Source: Endomicrobiales bacterium (lineage in GTDB: Bacteria; Elusimicrobiota; Endomicrobiia; Endomicrobiales; JALOBY01). From it: a DNA stretch of 64,000 bases. Position 1 is the first letter of the stretch. Each line of letters opens with the position of its first letter. Position numbers and translations under genes: made by a program. Positions 34,643 to 44,843 of the stretch are shown piece after piece. Location: positions 32,001 through 96,000 of the forward strand of contig CAWCNJ010000003.1 in NCBI GenBank assembly GCA_963796955.1, read 5' to 3'. The notes beneath the pieces are model-generated. The model saw only the letters and a list, made by a program, of their open reading frames with translations, searched no databases and was not told where the DNA came from.

Positions 34643-35467
34643 ATGAATATAAAGTATATATATATAGCTTCTATTCTTGTGCTTCTAACCTCCTGCGCCC
34701 GCAGGGAGGCTGTTGTGGTTGCCGGTTCTACCGCTTTCCAACCTTTTGCCGAAGAGATCGCCGAAGAGTATATGCAGAAATATCCCCAGCTTAACATTAC
34801 CGTTCAGGGCGGGGGATCTTCCGTTGGTATTCAATCGGCTCTTAACGGGGTTGCCCAGATCGGTATGGCCGACCTGGTGACCCTGCCGCCGGCTGCATCA
34901 TCACTGGTTAAGCATGTCGCTGCCAACGATGGTGTTGTCATGGTAGTAAATCCTGTCAACCCGGTCTCCAATATCACCACCGAACAGATCCGTCAACTAT
35001 ATCTAGGTAAGATTAATAACTGGAAAGAGCTGGGTGGCATAGATAAACAAATAACCGTTATCTCTCGCGAAGCCGGCTCAGGCACGCGCTCTTCTTTTGA
35101 AGACCTTGTGTTTAAGGGCGGTACCCTGCGCCAGGATGCCATTATAGGAGATTCGAACGGGACCGTGCGCGAGCAGGTGGCAAATGACCCTAACGCCATC
35201 GGGTATATCTCAAACGGTAACGTTAACGATAAAGTTAAGCCGCTTACCCTTGAAGGGATCGCCTGCAGCGTAGGAGCTATTACCTGCGGAAATTACAAGC
35301 TCGTAAGGCCCATCTACCTGCTTACCTTAAGCACGGTGAGCATTCAGACCCAACAATTCCTTGATTATATCCTCGGCCCCGAGGGCCAGAAGACCATACA
35401 TGCCGAGGGCTTGATACCGGCGCACCTTTACGATACCAATGAACCAAAACAAAATAAAAAGAATTAA
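34643..35467 (+). CDS. pstS: Phosphate ABC transporter substrate-binding lipoprotein
   Basis: Lipobox LTSC, GST, QGGGSSVG, SREAGSGTR. Confidence 0.92.
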   Translation: MNIKYIYIASILVLLTSCARREAVVVAGSTAFQPFAEEIAEEYMQKYPQLNITVQGGGSSVGIQSALNGVAQIGMADLVTLPPAASSLVKHVAANDGVVMVVNPVNPVSNITTEQIRQLYLGKINNWKELGGIDKQITVISREAGSGTRSSFEDLVFKGGTLRQDAIIGDSNGTVREQVANDPNAIGYISNGNVNDKVKPLTLEGIACSVGAITCGNYKLVRPIYLLTLSTVSIQTQQFLDYILGPEGQKTIHAEGLIPAHLYDTNEPKQNKKN

Positions 35468-36299
35468 AGAAGTCATCATAGAAAAAGCGCTGCTCTTGAT
35501 CGCCTGTTCGGCGGTGGGCATACTGCTGCTTATCGCTATTTTTATTTTTCGCGAAGGCACGCCGGTAATATTTAAATACGGCCTGAAAAATTTCGTGGGC
35601 GTAAACAACTGGTCGCCGCTCAAGGGCCACTTCGGCATTCTGGCCATGATACTCGGCTCTATCTGGGTAACTCTCGGCTCGCTTGTTATCGGGGTGCCTC
35701 TCGGCCTTGGGTGCGCGATATTCCTTACCGAGTTCGTACCGTCAAAAGTGCGCCTGATCCTTAAGCCTACCATAGAATTGCTTGCCGGCATTCCTTCCGT
35801 TGTCTTCGGTTTTATAGGCGTGATAATACTGGTGCCGTTCATACGCAATACTTTCGGCGGGCCGGGCCTGTCAGTGGCGGCGGCATCCATTGTTCTTGCG
35901 ATAATGATACTGCCCACCATAATAAGTATCTCGATAGACGCCATACTTGCAGTACCTAAAACCTACCGTGAAGGCTCGCTCGCTCTTGGCGCTACACGGT
36001 GGCAGACTATCACAGGAGTTGTCCTGATAGCGGCAAGGTCGGGAATAGTCGCAAGCGTTATTCTGGGCATGGGCCGGGCGATAGGCGAGACGATGGCCGT
36101 TATAATGGTTGCGGGAAATACCGTGCAGTCGCCGCATTCGTTACTGGCGCCCGTTCGCACGTTAACAGCGAATATTGCCCTGGAAATGGGTTTCGCAACG
36201 GGTGATCACCGCTCGGCTCTGTTTGCGACAGGTGTTGTATTGTTCATGTTCGTTATGACGTTGAACATCATCGCCAGCAAGGCGGTAAAACGCAAATGA
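35439..36299 (+). CDS. pstC: Phosphate ABC permease
   Basis: ELLAGIPSVVFG, GRAIGETMAV. Confidence 0.93.
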   Translation: MNQNKIKRIKEVIIEKALLLIACSAVGILLLIAIFIFREGTPVIFKYGLKNFVGVNNWSPLKGHFGILAMILGSIWVTLGSLVIGVPLGLGCAIFLTEFVPSKVRLILKPTIELLAGIPSVVFGFIGVIILVPFIRNTFGGPGLSVAAASIVLAIMILPTIISISIDAILAVPKTYREGSLALGATRWQTITGVVLIAARSGIVASVILGMGRAIGETMAVIMVAGNTVQSPHSLLAPVRTLTANIALEMGFATGDHRSALFATGVVLFMFVMTLNIIASKAVKRK

Positions 36300-37195
36300 C
36301 CTCTTCGACCCCTTCGATCACTTCGACAAGCTCAGGGTCAATACCTTCCGGGCGCATGATATCGCCGAAGCTGGCTCAAAATATAATGCGGGTGGTGCTG
36401 GGTCTTGCTACGGCGTTGACGGTATCGATCCTTGTTTTTATTATCTTTTTTGTGTTGATCAAGGGGTTGCCTGTTGTAAACTGGAAATTCCTTACCGACT
36501 TCCCGCATAAGATGGGTAAAGCCGGCGGCATATTCCCGACCATAGTCGGCACTTTTGTGCTGACAACGCTGGCGATCGTTTTTGCGACCCCATTGGGGGT
36601 AGGTGCGGCCATATACCTTACAGAGTACACAAAGGAAAATACCTTCACGCGGATCATCAGGTTCGGCGCGGAGTGCCTTGCCGGTATACCGTCAATTATT
36701 TTCGGTCTTTTTGGTTTTATACTTTTTGTCGTCTATCTGCAAATGGGCTGGAGCATCTTGTCGGGCAGCCTGACGCTGGCTTTTATGGTGCTGCCCACGA
36801 TCATGCGCACCGCTGAAGAGGCTATAAAAACAGTTCCATATTCCTACCGCGAGGTCAGCCAGTCTCTGGGAGCAACCCGCTGGGAAACAGTCCGTTACGC
36901 GGTTCTGCCCGATGCCCTGCCCGGAATAGCTACCGGCATTATCCTTGCGATGGGGCGGGCTATCGGAGAAACAGCGGCAGTAATATTTACTGCCGGCTCG
37001 TCAATGCGGCTGCCTACCTCCATGTTCGATTCCGTGCGCACCATGTCCGTGCATTTTTATATACTCTCGCGCGAAGGCGTGTCCATGAAGAACGCCTACG
37101 GTACGGCGCTGGTGCTGGTGGTCTCTATTCTGGCGGTTAATATGGCGGCCTACTGGCTGATGCAGAGATTTGTAAGCAAACATAAGAAAAAATGA
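36296..37195 (+). CDS. pstA: Phosphate ABC permease (alternative start 36356)
   Basis: LAGIPSIIFGLFG, RAIGETAA. Confidence 0.93.
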   Translation: MTSSTPSITSTSSGSIPSGRMISPKLAQNIMRVVLGLATALTVSILVFIIFFVLIKGLPVVNWKFLTDFPHKMGKAGGIFPTIVGTFVLTTLAIVFATPLGVGAAIYLTEYTKENTFTRIIRFGAECLAGIPSIIFGLFGFILFVVYLQMGWSILSGSLTLAFMVLPTIMRTAEEAIKTVPYSYREVSQSLGATRWETVRYAVLPDALPGIATGIILAMGRAIGETAAVIFTAGSSMRLPTSMFDSVRTMSVHFYILSREGVSMKNAYGTALVLVVSILAVNMAAYWLMQRFVSKHKKK

Positions 37196-37950
37196 ATAAA
37201 ATACAAATAAAAAACTTTAATCTCTCTTTCGACGGCAGGCCGTCGCTTATCAACATTAATCTTGATGTGGAAGAGCGTAAGATATTGGGCATTATCGGAC
37301 CCGCGGGCAGCGGCAAAAGCACGATCCTGCGCTGTATAAACCGCCTTGTCGATCTGGAACAAACCGCCAGGGTCGCCACTACGGGTGATATTCAGATAGA
37401 CGGACAGAGCATATACGCCCGCAATACGGACGTCGTCGCGCTGCGCCGCCGCGCCGGCATTATCTTCGCGCTGCCGTCGCCCTTACCGCTTTCCATCTAT
37501 GACAATATCTGCTACGGTCCCCGCCGTAACGGGATCACTAATAAAAATAAACTTGATGAGATAGTTGAAAGGACGCTTACAGAAGCCTCATTATGGAACG
37601 AAGTCAAAAACCGGCTTAACCTTATGGGGCCCAGCCTTTCCGGCGGACAGCAGCAGCGTCTATGTATCGCCAGAACCCTGGCCCTTGAGCCCGAAATAGT
37701 TATGATGGACGAACCCTGCTCGGGACTGGACCCCATCTCAACCGCCAAGATCGAAGAATCGATGGTAGAATTGAAAGCGAAATATACGTTCATCATTGTT
37801 ACTAATAACACCAAGCAGGCCGCCCGCGTAAGCGACAATGTCGCGTTTTTCCTTATGGGCGAGTGCATTGAACACGGTAATTCGTCTCAGATCTTCACCG
37901 TGCCGAAAGATCAGCGCACCAACGACTATGTATCGGGAAGGTTCGGTTAA
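37192..37950 (+). CDS. pstB: Phosphate ABC ATPase, copy 1 (Q-loop and H-loop degenerate)
   Basis: GPAGSGKS, LSGGQQQRL, MDEPCSGLDP; IIFALP and VTNN variants. Confidence 0.92.
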   Translation: MNKIQIKNFNLSFDGRPSLININLDVEERKILGIIGPAGSGKSTILRCINRLVDLEQTARVATTGDIQIDGQSIYARNTDVVALRRRAGIIFALPSPLPLSIYDNICYGPRRNGITNKNKLDEIVERTLTEASLWNEVKNRLNLMGPSLSGGQQQRLCIARTLALEPEIVMMDEPCSGLDPISTAKIEESMVELKAKYTFIIVTNNTKQAARVSDNVAFFLMGECIEHGNSSQIFTVPKDQRTNDYVSGRFG

Positions 37951-38711
37951 TGGAAGACAGGAATAAGATCGAAGTTGCAGACCTTTCGCTTTTTTACGCG
38001 CAGTTCCAGGCGCTGAAGAACGTGAACATATCATTTAAAGAACGTCACATCACTTCTTTGATAGGGCCCTCCGGCTGCGGCAAAAGCACGCTGCTGAGAT
38101 GCCTTAACCGTATGAACGACCTTATTGATACTTGCCGTGTTACCGGCGAGGTAAGACTGGATGGGAATAATATTTACGCGGCCGGCACAGACGTTGACCT
38201 GCTGCGCAGCCGGGTTGGTATGGTTTTTCAGCGGCCTAACCCCTTCCCGTTGTCCGTATTTGATAATGTCGCTTACGGTTTGAGAGTGCACGGTTTGTGC
38301 GACGCACGCACTGTTTCCGGGATAGTTGAAGAAAGTCTTAAGAGCGCCTGGCTTTGGAACGATTTGAAAGATAAACTGCAGAAAGACGCGACCACCCTGC
38401 CGCTGGATCAGCAGCAGCGCCTTTGTATCGCCAGGCTCATCGCTATTAAACCTGAAGTTATTTTAATGGACGAACCTTGTTCCGCATTAGACCCTATCTC
38501 TACCTCAAAAGTAGAAGAGCTGATGTTCGAACTGAAAAAAGATTTCACGATCGCTATAGTAACACATAACATGCAGCAGGCTGCCCGCGCTTCCGATTAT
38601 TGCGGCTTTATGCTGCTGGGCGATCTTCTGGAATTCAACCAGACCGACCTGATATTTACCAACCCCACTGATCAGCGCACACAGGATTATATTACCGGCC
38701 GCTTCGGATGA
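37950..38711 (+). CDS. pstB: Phosphate ABC ATPase, copy 2 (signature degenerate)
   Basis: GPSGCGKS, MVFQRPNPFP, LPLDQQQRL, VTHNMQQA. Confidence 0.93.
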   Translation: MEDRNKIEVADLSLFYAQFQALKNVNISFKERHITSLIGPSGCGKSTLLRCLNRMNDLIDTCRVTGEVRLDGNNIYAAGTDVDLLRSRVGMVFQRPNPFPLSVFDNVAYGLRVHGLCDARTVSGIVEESLKSAWLWNDLKDKLQKDATTLPLDQQQRLCIARLIAIKPEVILMDEPCSALDPISTSKVEELMFELKKDFTIAIVTHNMQQAARASDYCGFMLLGDLLEFNQTDLIFTNPTDQRTQDYITGRFG

Positions 38712-39805
38712 AATTTAAACAAACGGTCAATTCGATCGATCCGGACTTTACCCTGTTGGCTGCCGTCGTGGGTCTGGTCTTTCTGGGAACGTTGATGGTC
38801 TTTTCTTCCAGCGTGATCATGGCCGATGTGCGCTGGCATTCGCCGTACTCGTTCTTTTTCAAGCAGCTGATGTGGGTCACCGTCGGTTCGGCGTTGATGG
38901 CTTTTTTTATCCGGTTCGATTACCGCTCCCTGCAAAAATACTCTAAACTTTTAACCGTGATCACCGTGGCGCTGCTGGGCCTGGTCTTGGTTGTGGGCAC
39001 GGTAAAACTCGGTGCGAAACGCTGGCTTAAGTTCGGGCCGTTCAACATGCAGCCGTCGGAGCTCGCGAAATACGTGCTGGTCATCGCCCTGGCCGATTAC
39101 ATAGACCGCAAAAAAAGCAAACTGAAAAAATGGGAAGGCATTTTACCCGGCCTGGCTATCATGGCCGCCTTCATAATCCCGATAGCCCTTGAGCCTGACC
39201 TCGGCACGCCGCTGATAATGTTCGCCGTCGCCATGAGCCTGCTGTTCGTAAGCGGCGCGAGCTTCGGCAAAATATCGACGCTGGCGTTTTCCGTGGTGCC
39301 GCTGATCGTGCTGGATATTTACCGTAAACCCTACCGCCTGGCGCGCATCAGGCATTTCTTCGAGTCCTGGGGCGATATCAGCAGCACCTCCTATCAGCTC
39401 AATCAGTCTATCCTGGCGCTCGGTTCAGGCGGGTTTTTTGGGAAGGGATTGGGCCAGGGACAAATGAAACTGCTATATCTGCCGGAAGCCCATACCGATT
39501 TTATCTTTCCTGTGATAGGCGAGGAATTAGGTTTCATCGGGGCTTCAGTTGTCATAGCCTTGTTCGTTATAATAGCCTGGCGGGGCTGGCGGGCCTGCCG
39601 CAACAGCAGCAGTTATTTCGGCTCTCTTGCAGCGCTTGGCATAACCTTGTTGATCACGTATCAGGCGATATTCAATATCAGCGTCTCTTGCGGCCTGGCG
39701 CCCACAAAAGGTCTCGCCCTGCCCTTTGTCTCATTCGGCGGCTCTTCTCTCTTGTTCAATATGGCGGCGGCCGGGATATTACTGAACATTTCAAGGCGGG
39801 GATAA
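38708..39805 (+). CDS. ftsW: SEDS peptidoglycan polymerase FtsW
   Basis: GAKRW, QPSELAK, EPDLG, LPEAHTDFIF; adjacent to murG. Confidence 0.93.
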   Translation: MKFKQTVNSIDPDFTLLAAVVGLVFLGTLMVFSSSVIMADVRWHSPYSFFFKQLMWVTVGSALMAFFIRFDYRSLQKYSKLLTVITVALLGLVLVVGTVKLGAKRWLKFGPFNMQPSELAKYVLVIALADYIDRKKSKLKKWEGILPGLAIMAAFIIPIALEPDLGTPLIMFAVAMSLLFVSGASFGKISTLAFSVVPLIVLDIYRKPYRLARIRHFFESWGDISSTSYQLNQSILALGSGGFFGKGLGQGQMKLLYLPEAHTDFIFPVIGEELGFIGASVVIALFVIIAWRGWRACRNSSSYFGSLAALGITLLITYQAIFNISVSCGLAPTKGLALPFVSFGGSSLLFNMAAAGILLNISRRG

Positions 39806-40891
39806 ATGATAGACAACAAGACCATTATCATAGCGGCGGGTGGCACGGGGGGACATCTGTACCCCGGCATCGCCCTTGCCCGTGAGCTTAAACAGCGCGG
39901 CTATTCGCCGCAGTTCATAGTGCGTAACGGCGATGCCGGCATAGAAATTATTCAGCGCGAAGGGTTCCTGTTCCATCAGGTAGCGGCTATGGGAATGCCG
40001 CGGGCGTTTACTGTTAAGATATTTAAGTTTTTGTTATTGCAGATAAAGGCCGTCTTCCAGATGCTGTCTTTGTTCTCCCGGTTGAAGCCGGAGGTTGTTG
40101 TGGGTATGGGTGGTTACATTTCTTTTTCTTCGATCCTGGCCGCCCGGTTTAAGGGAATCAATACAATTATACATGAGCAAAACTCGATCCCGGGCCTTGC
40201 CAACCGCGTACTTTCCCATATAGCAGGTCAAGTAGCCGTCAGCTTTGAGCATTCTCTTGTGCATTTTCCGGCCGGCAAGACGGTAGTAACGGGTAACCCT
40301 GTTCGCGCCGAGTTGTTCCGCTCAGACCCCGATGAAGCTCTGAAACGCCTTGGCCTGGCGCAGGGGAAATTCACGGTACTGATATTCGGTGGAAGCCAGG
40401 GCGCGGCTAAAGTTAACCAGGCGGCCGTAGATGCCTATGGTTTGCTCGGCGATAAAAGGGATGCGGTACAATACCTGCATCTGAGTGGTGCTAAGGATTT
40501 TGAACGTGTCTCTGAAGAATTTATAAAGAAGAATGTCGCGGGTGTAGTGCTGCCCTACCTTCATTCTATCGGCGATGCTTACGCGGCCTGCGATCTTATC
40601 ATCTGCCGTGCCGGCGCGACCACTCTTGCTGAACTGAAGATATTGGGCAAACCCGCTATTTTAATTCCTTTTCCGCATGCTACCGCAAATCATCAGGAGT
40701 ATAACGCCCGTACTATGACCGACAGCGCGAAATGCGGTATGATAATAGAAAAGGATATGGAAGCACCCGGCCTTGCGGCCATGATGCTGAAATATATAAC
40801 CGATAGATCGTCCGGAGGCTCCTGCCCGTTGAACGTGCCGGCAGTGTTCGCCCAAAGCCGCCTGGCGGACCTGGTAACGAAAGGAAAATAA
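39806..40891 (+). CDS. murG: MurG GlcNAc transferase
   Basis: GGTGGH, HEQN, GNPVR, GGSQGA, HQEYNA. Confidence 0.96.
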   Translation: MIDNKTIIIAAGGTGGHLYPGIALARELKQRGYSPQFIVRNGDAGIEIIQREGFLFHQVAAMGMPRAFTVKIFKFLLLQIKAVFQMLSLFSRLKPEVVVGMGGYISFSSILAARFKGINTIIHEQNSIPGLANRVLSHIAGQVAVSFEHSLVHFPAGKTVVTGNPVRAELFRSDPDEALKRLGLAQGKFTVLIFGGSQGAAKVNQAAVDAYGLLGDKRDAVQYLHLSGAKDFERVSEEFIKKNVAGVVLPYLHSIGDAYAACDLIICRAGATTLAELKILGKPAILIPFPHATANHQEYNARTMTDSAKCGMIIEKDMEAPGLAAMMLKYITDRSSGGSCPLNVPAVFAQSRLADLVTKGK

Positions 40892-40893
40892 AA

Positions 40894-41265
40894 ATGTCAG
40901 GAAAGAGCTTTTCGATAAAAGGACGCCTTAATAGTTTTGCCTGCGCCTTTAACGGTATCTGGACCATGTTAAGGGAAGAACACAATGCCTGGCTTCACAC
41001 CGTCGCCACGATAGCGGTCGTGATCGCGGGTAGCGCGGTCCATGTCACACGGTATGAATGGTGCTGGCTGGTGCTTGCGATCACCGGGGTGTGGATGGCT
41101 GAAGCGCTTAACACCGCCCTTGAAGTGCTGGCTGATGTAGCCATGCCGGATATGCACCCAATGGTAGAGAAGGCGAAGGACGTCGCGGCCGGCGCCGTAC
41201 TGATAACCTCAATTGGAGCCTTTTCGATAGCAGTGTTGATCTTCATGCCGTATTTTATTAAATAA
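40894..41265 (+). CDS. dgkA: Diacylglycerol/undecaprenol kinase
   Basis: SF..AF.G, EALNTALE, AKDVAAGAV. Confidence 0.9.
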   Translation: MSGKSFSIKGRLNSFACAFNGIWTMLREEHNAWLHTVATIAVVIAGSAVHVTRYEWCWLVLAITGVWMAEALNTALEVLADVAMPDMHPMVEKAKDVAAGAVLITSIGAFSIAVLIFMPYFIK

Positions 41266-41273
41266 GGGAAAAA

Positions 41274-42017
41274 ATGAAAAAAACGATTCTTGTCACTAAC
41301 GATGACGGCATATACGGCGCGGGGCTTGCCCCGCTGGTAAAAGAGCTGAGCAAGATCGCAAAAGTCTCGGTTGTCGTTCCGGATCAGGAGCGTTCCGGAA
41401 CTGGCCATAGCATAACTCTGCACAGCCCGCTCAGGATACATAAATTCAACGCCAACACGTACCTGGTGAACGGTACGCCCGCCGACTGCGTGCGCTACGG
41501 TTCCCGTAAGCTGTTGAAGGGAAAAGTAGACCTGGTGGTTTCAGGCGTGAATACGGGACCAAACCTCTCTCAGGATGTGGTCTATTCCGGCACCGTTGCA
41601 GGCGCCCGTGAAGCCGCGTTGCTAGGCATCCCTTCCTTTGCGGTTTCGGCGGCCCAGTGGGAAAAAGCCGATTTTAATTCCTGTGCGCGGGTCGCGGCCC
41701 GTATCGCGAAGATGCTGCTGGTCAACCGGCTGCCCCTCGACACATTTTTGAACGTGAATGTTCCTGTTAAAGCCAAAGGGTTTCGCGTTACTAAACTCGG
41801 CAAAAGAATATATGACGAAGAAGTCGAATGCCGTAACGATCCCACCGGCCGGGAATATTTCTGGCTCGCCGGTAAATTTATCTCCGGTGTCGAAGACCCG
41901 GGAACCGATATTGAGGCCGTCAATAAAGGCTATGTCTCCATAACCCCTCTCGATCTGAGCCCCACGGCTATTCACCTTATGGGAGAGATCAACACATGGC
42001 TGAAAGATTTAAAATAG
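41274..42017 (+). CDS. surE: 5'/3'-nucleotidase SurE
   Basis: ILVTNDDG, GTPADCV, SGVNTGPN, YSGTVAGA. Confidence 0.95.
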   Translation: MKKTILVTNDDGIYGAGLAPLVKELSKIAKVSVVVPDQERSGTGHSITLHSPLRIHKFNANTYLVNGTPADCVRYGSRKLLKGKVDLVVSGVNTGPNLSQDVVYSGTVAGAREAALLGIPSFAVSAAQWEKADFNSCARVAARIAKMLLVNRLPLDTFLNVNVPVKAKGFRVTKLGKRIYDEEVECRNDPTGREYFWLAGKFISGVEDPGTDIEAVNKGYVSITPLDLSPTAIHLMGEINTWLKDLK

Positions 42018-44041
42018 TATCTCAATTCAAGCCTTCCGGTGACCAGCCTGCTGCTGTTGAAGAACTGGCAAAGGGCATACAGGAAGGGGTTAAAGAGCAG
42101 GTCCTGCTCGGCGTGACCGGGTCCGGGAAAACCTTTGTCATAGCCAACCTTATTGAAAAAGTACAAAAACCCACGTTAATAATATCACCTAATAAGGTGC
42201 TCGCCGCCCAGCTTTACGCCGAGTTCAAGGCTTTCTTTCCGGACAACGCTGTAGAATTCTTCATATCCTATTACGATTACTACCAGCCCGAAGCTTACGT
42301 GCCTTCTTCCGATACATACATAGAAAAAGACGCCTCGATCAACGAACATATCGAAAAACTACGCTTGAAAGCGACCTCGGCTATACTCAGCCGCAAGGAT
42401 GTGATCATTGTCGCCTCAGTCTCGTGCATATATAACCTGGGCGGACCTGAGGACTATCAGAATTTCTGCATCTTTGTGCAAAAGGGCATGGGGAAGGGCC
42501 GCCAGACCCTGATAAAGGAATTAGTCAACAGCCATTACGAAAGGAATGATATGGAGTTCGTGCGCGGTAATTTTCGTGTGCGCGGCGATACGGTTGAGAT
42601 ATTCCCGGCTTACGGCGACCTGGGCCTTCGCGTAGAATTTTTCGGCGACGAAATTGAAAAAGTAAGCGAGTTTAACCCGATCGACGGCCATGTGCTGAAA
42701 GATAAGACCGCCGAATATATTTACCCCGCCAGCCATTTCGTGGTCAGCCAGGAGAAGATAAACATCGCTCTTGATGAAATAGAGCGCGAGCTTGTCGCAC
42801 GGGTGACGGAACTGAAAAGCGAGGGAAAACTGCTGGAAGCCCAGCGCTTGGACCAGCGCACACGCTACGATATGGAGATGATGCGTCTGACGGGTGTTTG
42901 CCCCGGCATTGAAAATTACTCCCGTATACTGGCCGACCGGGCACCCGGTTCACGGCCCGAATGTCTTATAGACTACTTCAACGCCGCTCTTTCCGGCAAC
43001 AAGAACGATTACATGATCATTATAGACGAATCGCACATAACGGTGCCGCAGATACGCGGCATGTACGCGGGGGACCGCGCCCGGAAAGAAACGCTGGTGA
43101 AATACGGCTTCCGTCTGCCGTCAGCACTTGATAACCGTCCGCTCAAATTCCCGGAATTTGAAAAGCTTTCCCCTCAGACCATTTACGCCTCCGCGACCCC
43201 TGGTCCGTATGAGCTGACCAAGACGGAAGGTGTTTTTACGGAACTGGTGATACGCCCGACCGGCCTTATAGACCCGGAGGTGCAGGTGCGACCCATAAAA
43301 GGCCAGATAGACGACCTGATAGTTGAGATCCGCGGCTGCGTCGCGAAAAAATACCGGGTGCTGGTAACCACGCTCACTAAAAGATTATCGGAAGATCTGA
43401 CCGAGTATCTAAAGGAAAAAGATCTGCGCGTTCAATACCTGCATTCCGAAATAGACGCCTTGTCGCGCATAGAAATACTTAAAAATCTGAGGCAGGGTAA
43501 ATTTGATGTGCTGGTAGGAATAAACCTGTTGCGCGAAGGACTGGACCTGCCGGAAGTGGGGCTTGTGGCTGTGCTTGACGCTGATAAGGAGGGTTTCCTT
43601 CGTTCAGAGACAACCCTTATCCAGATCTGCGGCCGCGCCGCCCGCAACGTTGACGGTAAAGTCATTCTCTATGCCGATGTAATGACCGGTTCAATGCAGC
43701 GGGCCCTTGGTGAAATGACCCGCCGCCGCATCAAGCAGATGGAATACAACAAAATAAATAACATAACGCCCAAATCCGTTGTAACAGCCGTCCACGACTT
43801 GCAGGAATTCGAGCACCACGCCAAGGAAGAAGGCCTGGTAGGCATGTTCCGCGAAACCGAAGGTGAATACATAGCCCCTAAACAAATGCACACTGTGATG
43901 AAGGAACTGGAAAACCAGATGAAACAGGCAGCCGACAACCTTGACTTTGAAACGGCTGCTATCTTTCGCGACCGCATTGTTCAGCTAAAAGAAATGTCTG
44001 CCCAGAAAATACCCCGCAAAGCTGTCCATTCCAAAAAATAA
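41996..44041 (+). CDS. uvrB: Excinuclease ABC subunit B
   Basis: GVTGSGKT, YYDYYQPEAY, DESH, GINLLREGLD, C-terminal UVR domain. Confidence 0.98.
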   Translation: MAERFKIVSQFKPSGDQPAAVEELAKGIQEGVKEQVLLGVTGSGKTFVIANLIEKVQKPTLIISPNKVLAAQLYAEFKAFFPDNAVEFFISYYDYYQPEAYVPSSDTYIEKDASINEHIEKLRLKATSAILSRKDVIIVASVSCIYNLGGPEDYQNFCIFVQKGMGKGRQTLIKELVNSHYERNDMEFVRGNFRVRGDTVEIFPAYGDLGLRVEFFGDEIEKVSEFNPIDGHVLKDKTAEYIYPASHFVVSQEKINIALDEIERELVARVTELKSEGKLLEAQRLDQRTRYDMEMMRLTGVCPGIENYSRILADRAPGSRPECLIDYFNAALSGNKNDYMIIIDESHITVPQIRGMYAGDRARKETLVKYGFRLPSALDNRPLKFPEFEKLSPQTIYASATPGPYELTKTEGVFTELVIRPTGLIDPEVQVRPIKGQIDDLIVEIRGCVAKKYRVLVTTLTKRLSEDLTEYLKEKDLRVQYLHSEIDALSRIEILKNLRQGKFDVLVGINLLREGLDLPEVGLVAVLDADKEGFLRSETTLIQICGRAARNVDGKVILYADVMTGSMQRALGEMTRRRIKQMEYNKINNITPKSVVTAVHDLQEFEHHAKEEGLVGMFRETEGEYIAPKQMHTVMKELENQMKQAADNLDFETAAIFRDRIVQLKEMSAQKIPRKAVHSKK

Positions 44042-44153
44042 CCTATCGGTTGAGGTCTGCGCAAATCTGTCTGTTTTATATGAATTCTACATCTAAAACA
44101 ATGTGAAATATGCTATAATTCGGTGGAATTTGGACGTTGACAGGAAGGTAAAA

Positions 44154-44843
44154 TTGAAAATTTCAATCATTATTCCGGTGTATAACGAGCAGGGAGCGAT
44201 CGTTGATGTGATCAATTCCGTGAAATCGGCTATTGCCGGAGCTGACCATGAGATCATTGTCGTCAATGACGCCTCCACTGATAAGACTAGAGAATTTCTT
44301 GATACCATTAACGATGTAAACGTAAAAATAGTGCATCGATCGGTCAATCAGGGTAAAGGCGCCGCAATCAGAGAAGGGATCAAGCACATAAACGGCGATA
44401 TAACCATTATACAGGACGCCGACCGGGAATATACGCCTGAAGATTACCCTGCTTTGTTACGGCCTATTATCGACGGCAAAGCCGATGTTGTGTTTGGCTC
44501 GCGGTTTCTGGGCGGCGGCACGCACCGGGTCATGTTCTTCTGGCATTCAATAGGCAACCGGTTCCTAACACTCCTGTCCAATATATTCACCGACCTGAAC
44601 CTGACGGATATGGAAGTAGGCTACAAGGTTTTTCGAACGGACACTTTAAAACGAATAGAACTGAAGCAAAACCGTTTCGGCTTCGAACCCGAGATCACCG
44701 CAAAGATCGCCAAAACAGGCAGCCGCGTCTACGAAGTACCCATCTCCTATTACGGCCGCACCTACGCAGAAGGAAAAAAAATAACCTGGAAAGACGGGAT
44801 ACATGCCATCTGGTGTATTGTTCGATACGGAATAGGAAGGTGA
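44154..44843 (+). CDS. GT2 glycosyltransferase (DPM1-like)
   Basis: IIIPVYNE, VNDASTD, QDAD, GSRF, FGFEPE. TTG start after AGGAAGG; TGcTATAAT at 44111. Confidence 0.88.
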   Translation: MKISIIIPVYNEQGAIVDVINSVKSAIAGADHEIIVVNDASTDKTREFLDTINDVNVKIVHRSVNQGKGAAIREGIKHINGDITIIQDADREYTPEDYPALLRPIIDGKADVVFGSRFLGGGTHRVMFFWHSIGNRFLTLLSNIFTDLNLTDMEVGYKVFRTDTLKRIELKQNRFGFEPEITAKIAKTGSRVYEVPISYYGRTYAEGKKITWKDGIHAIWCIVRYGIGR

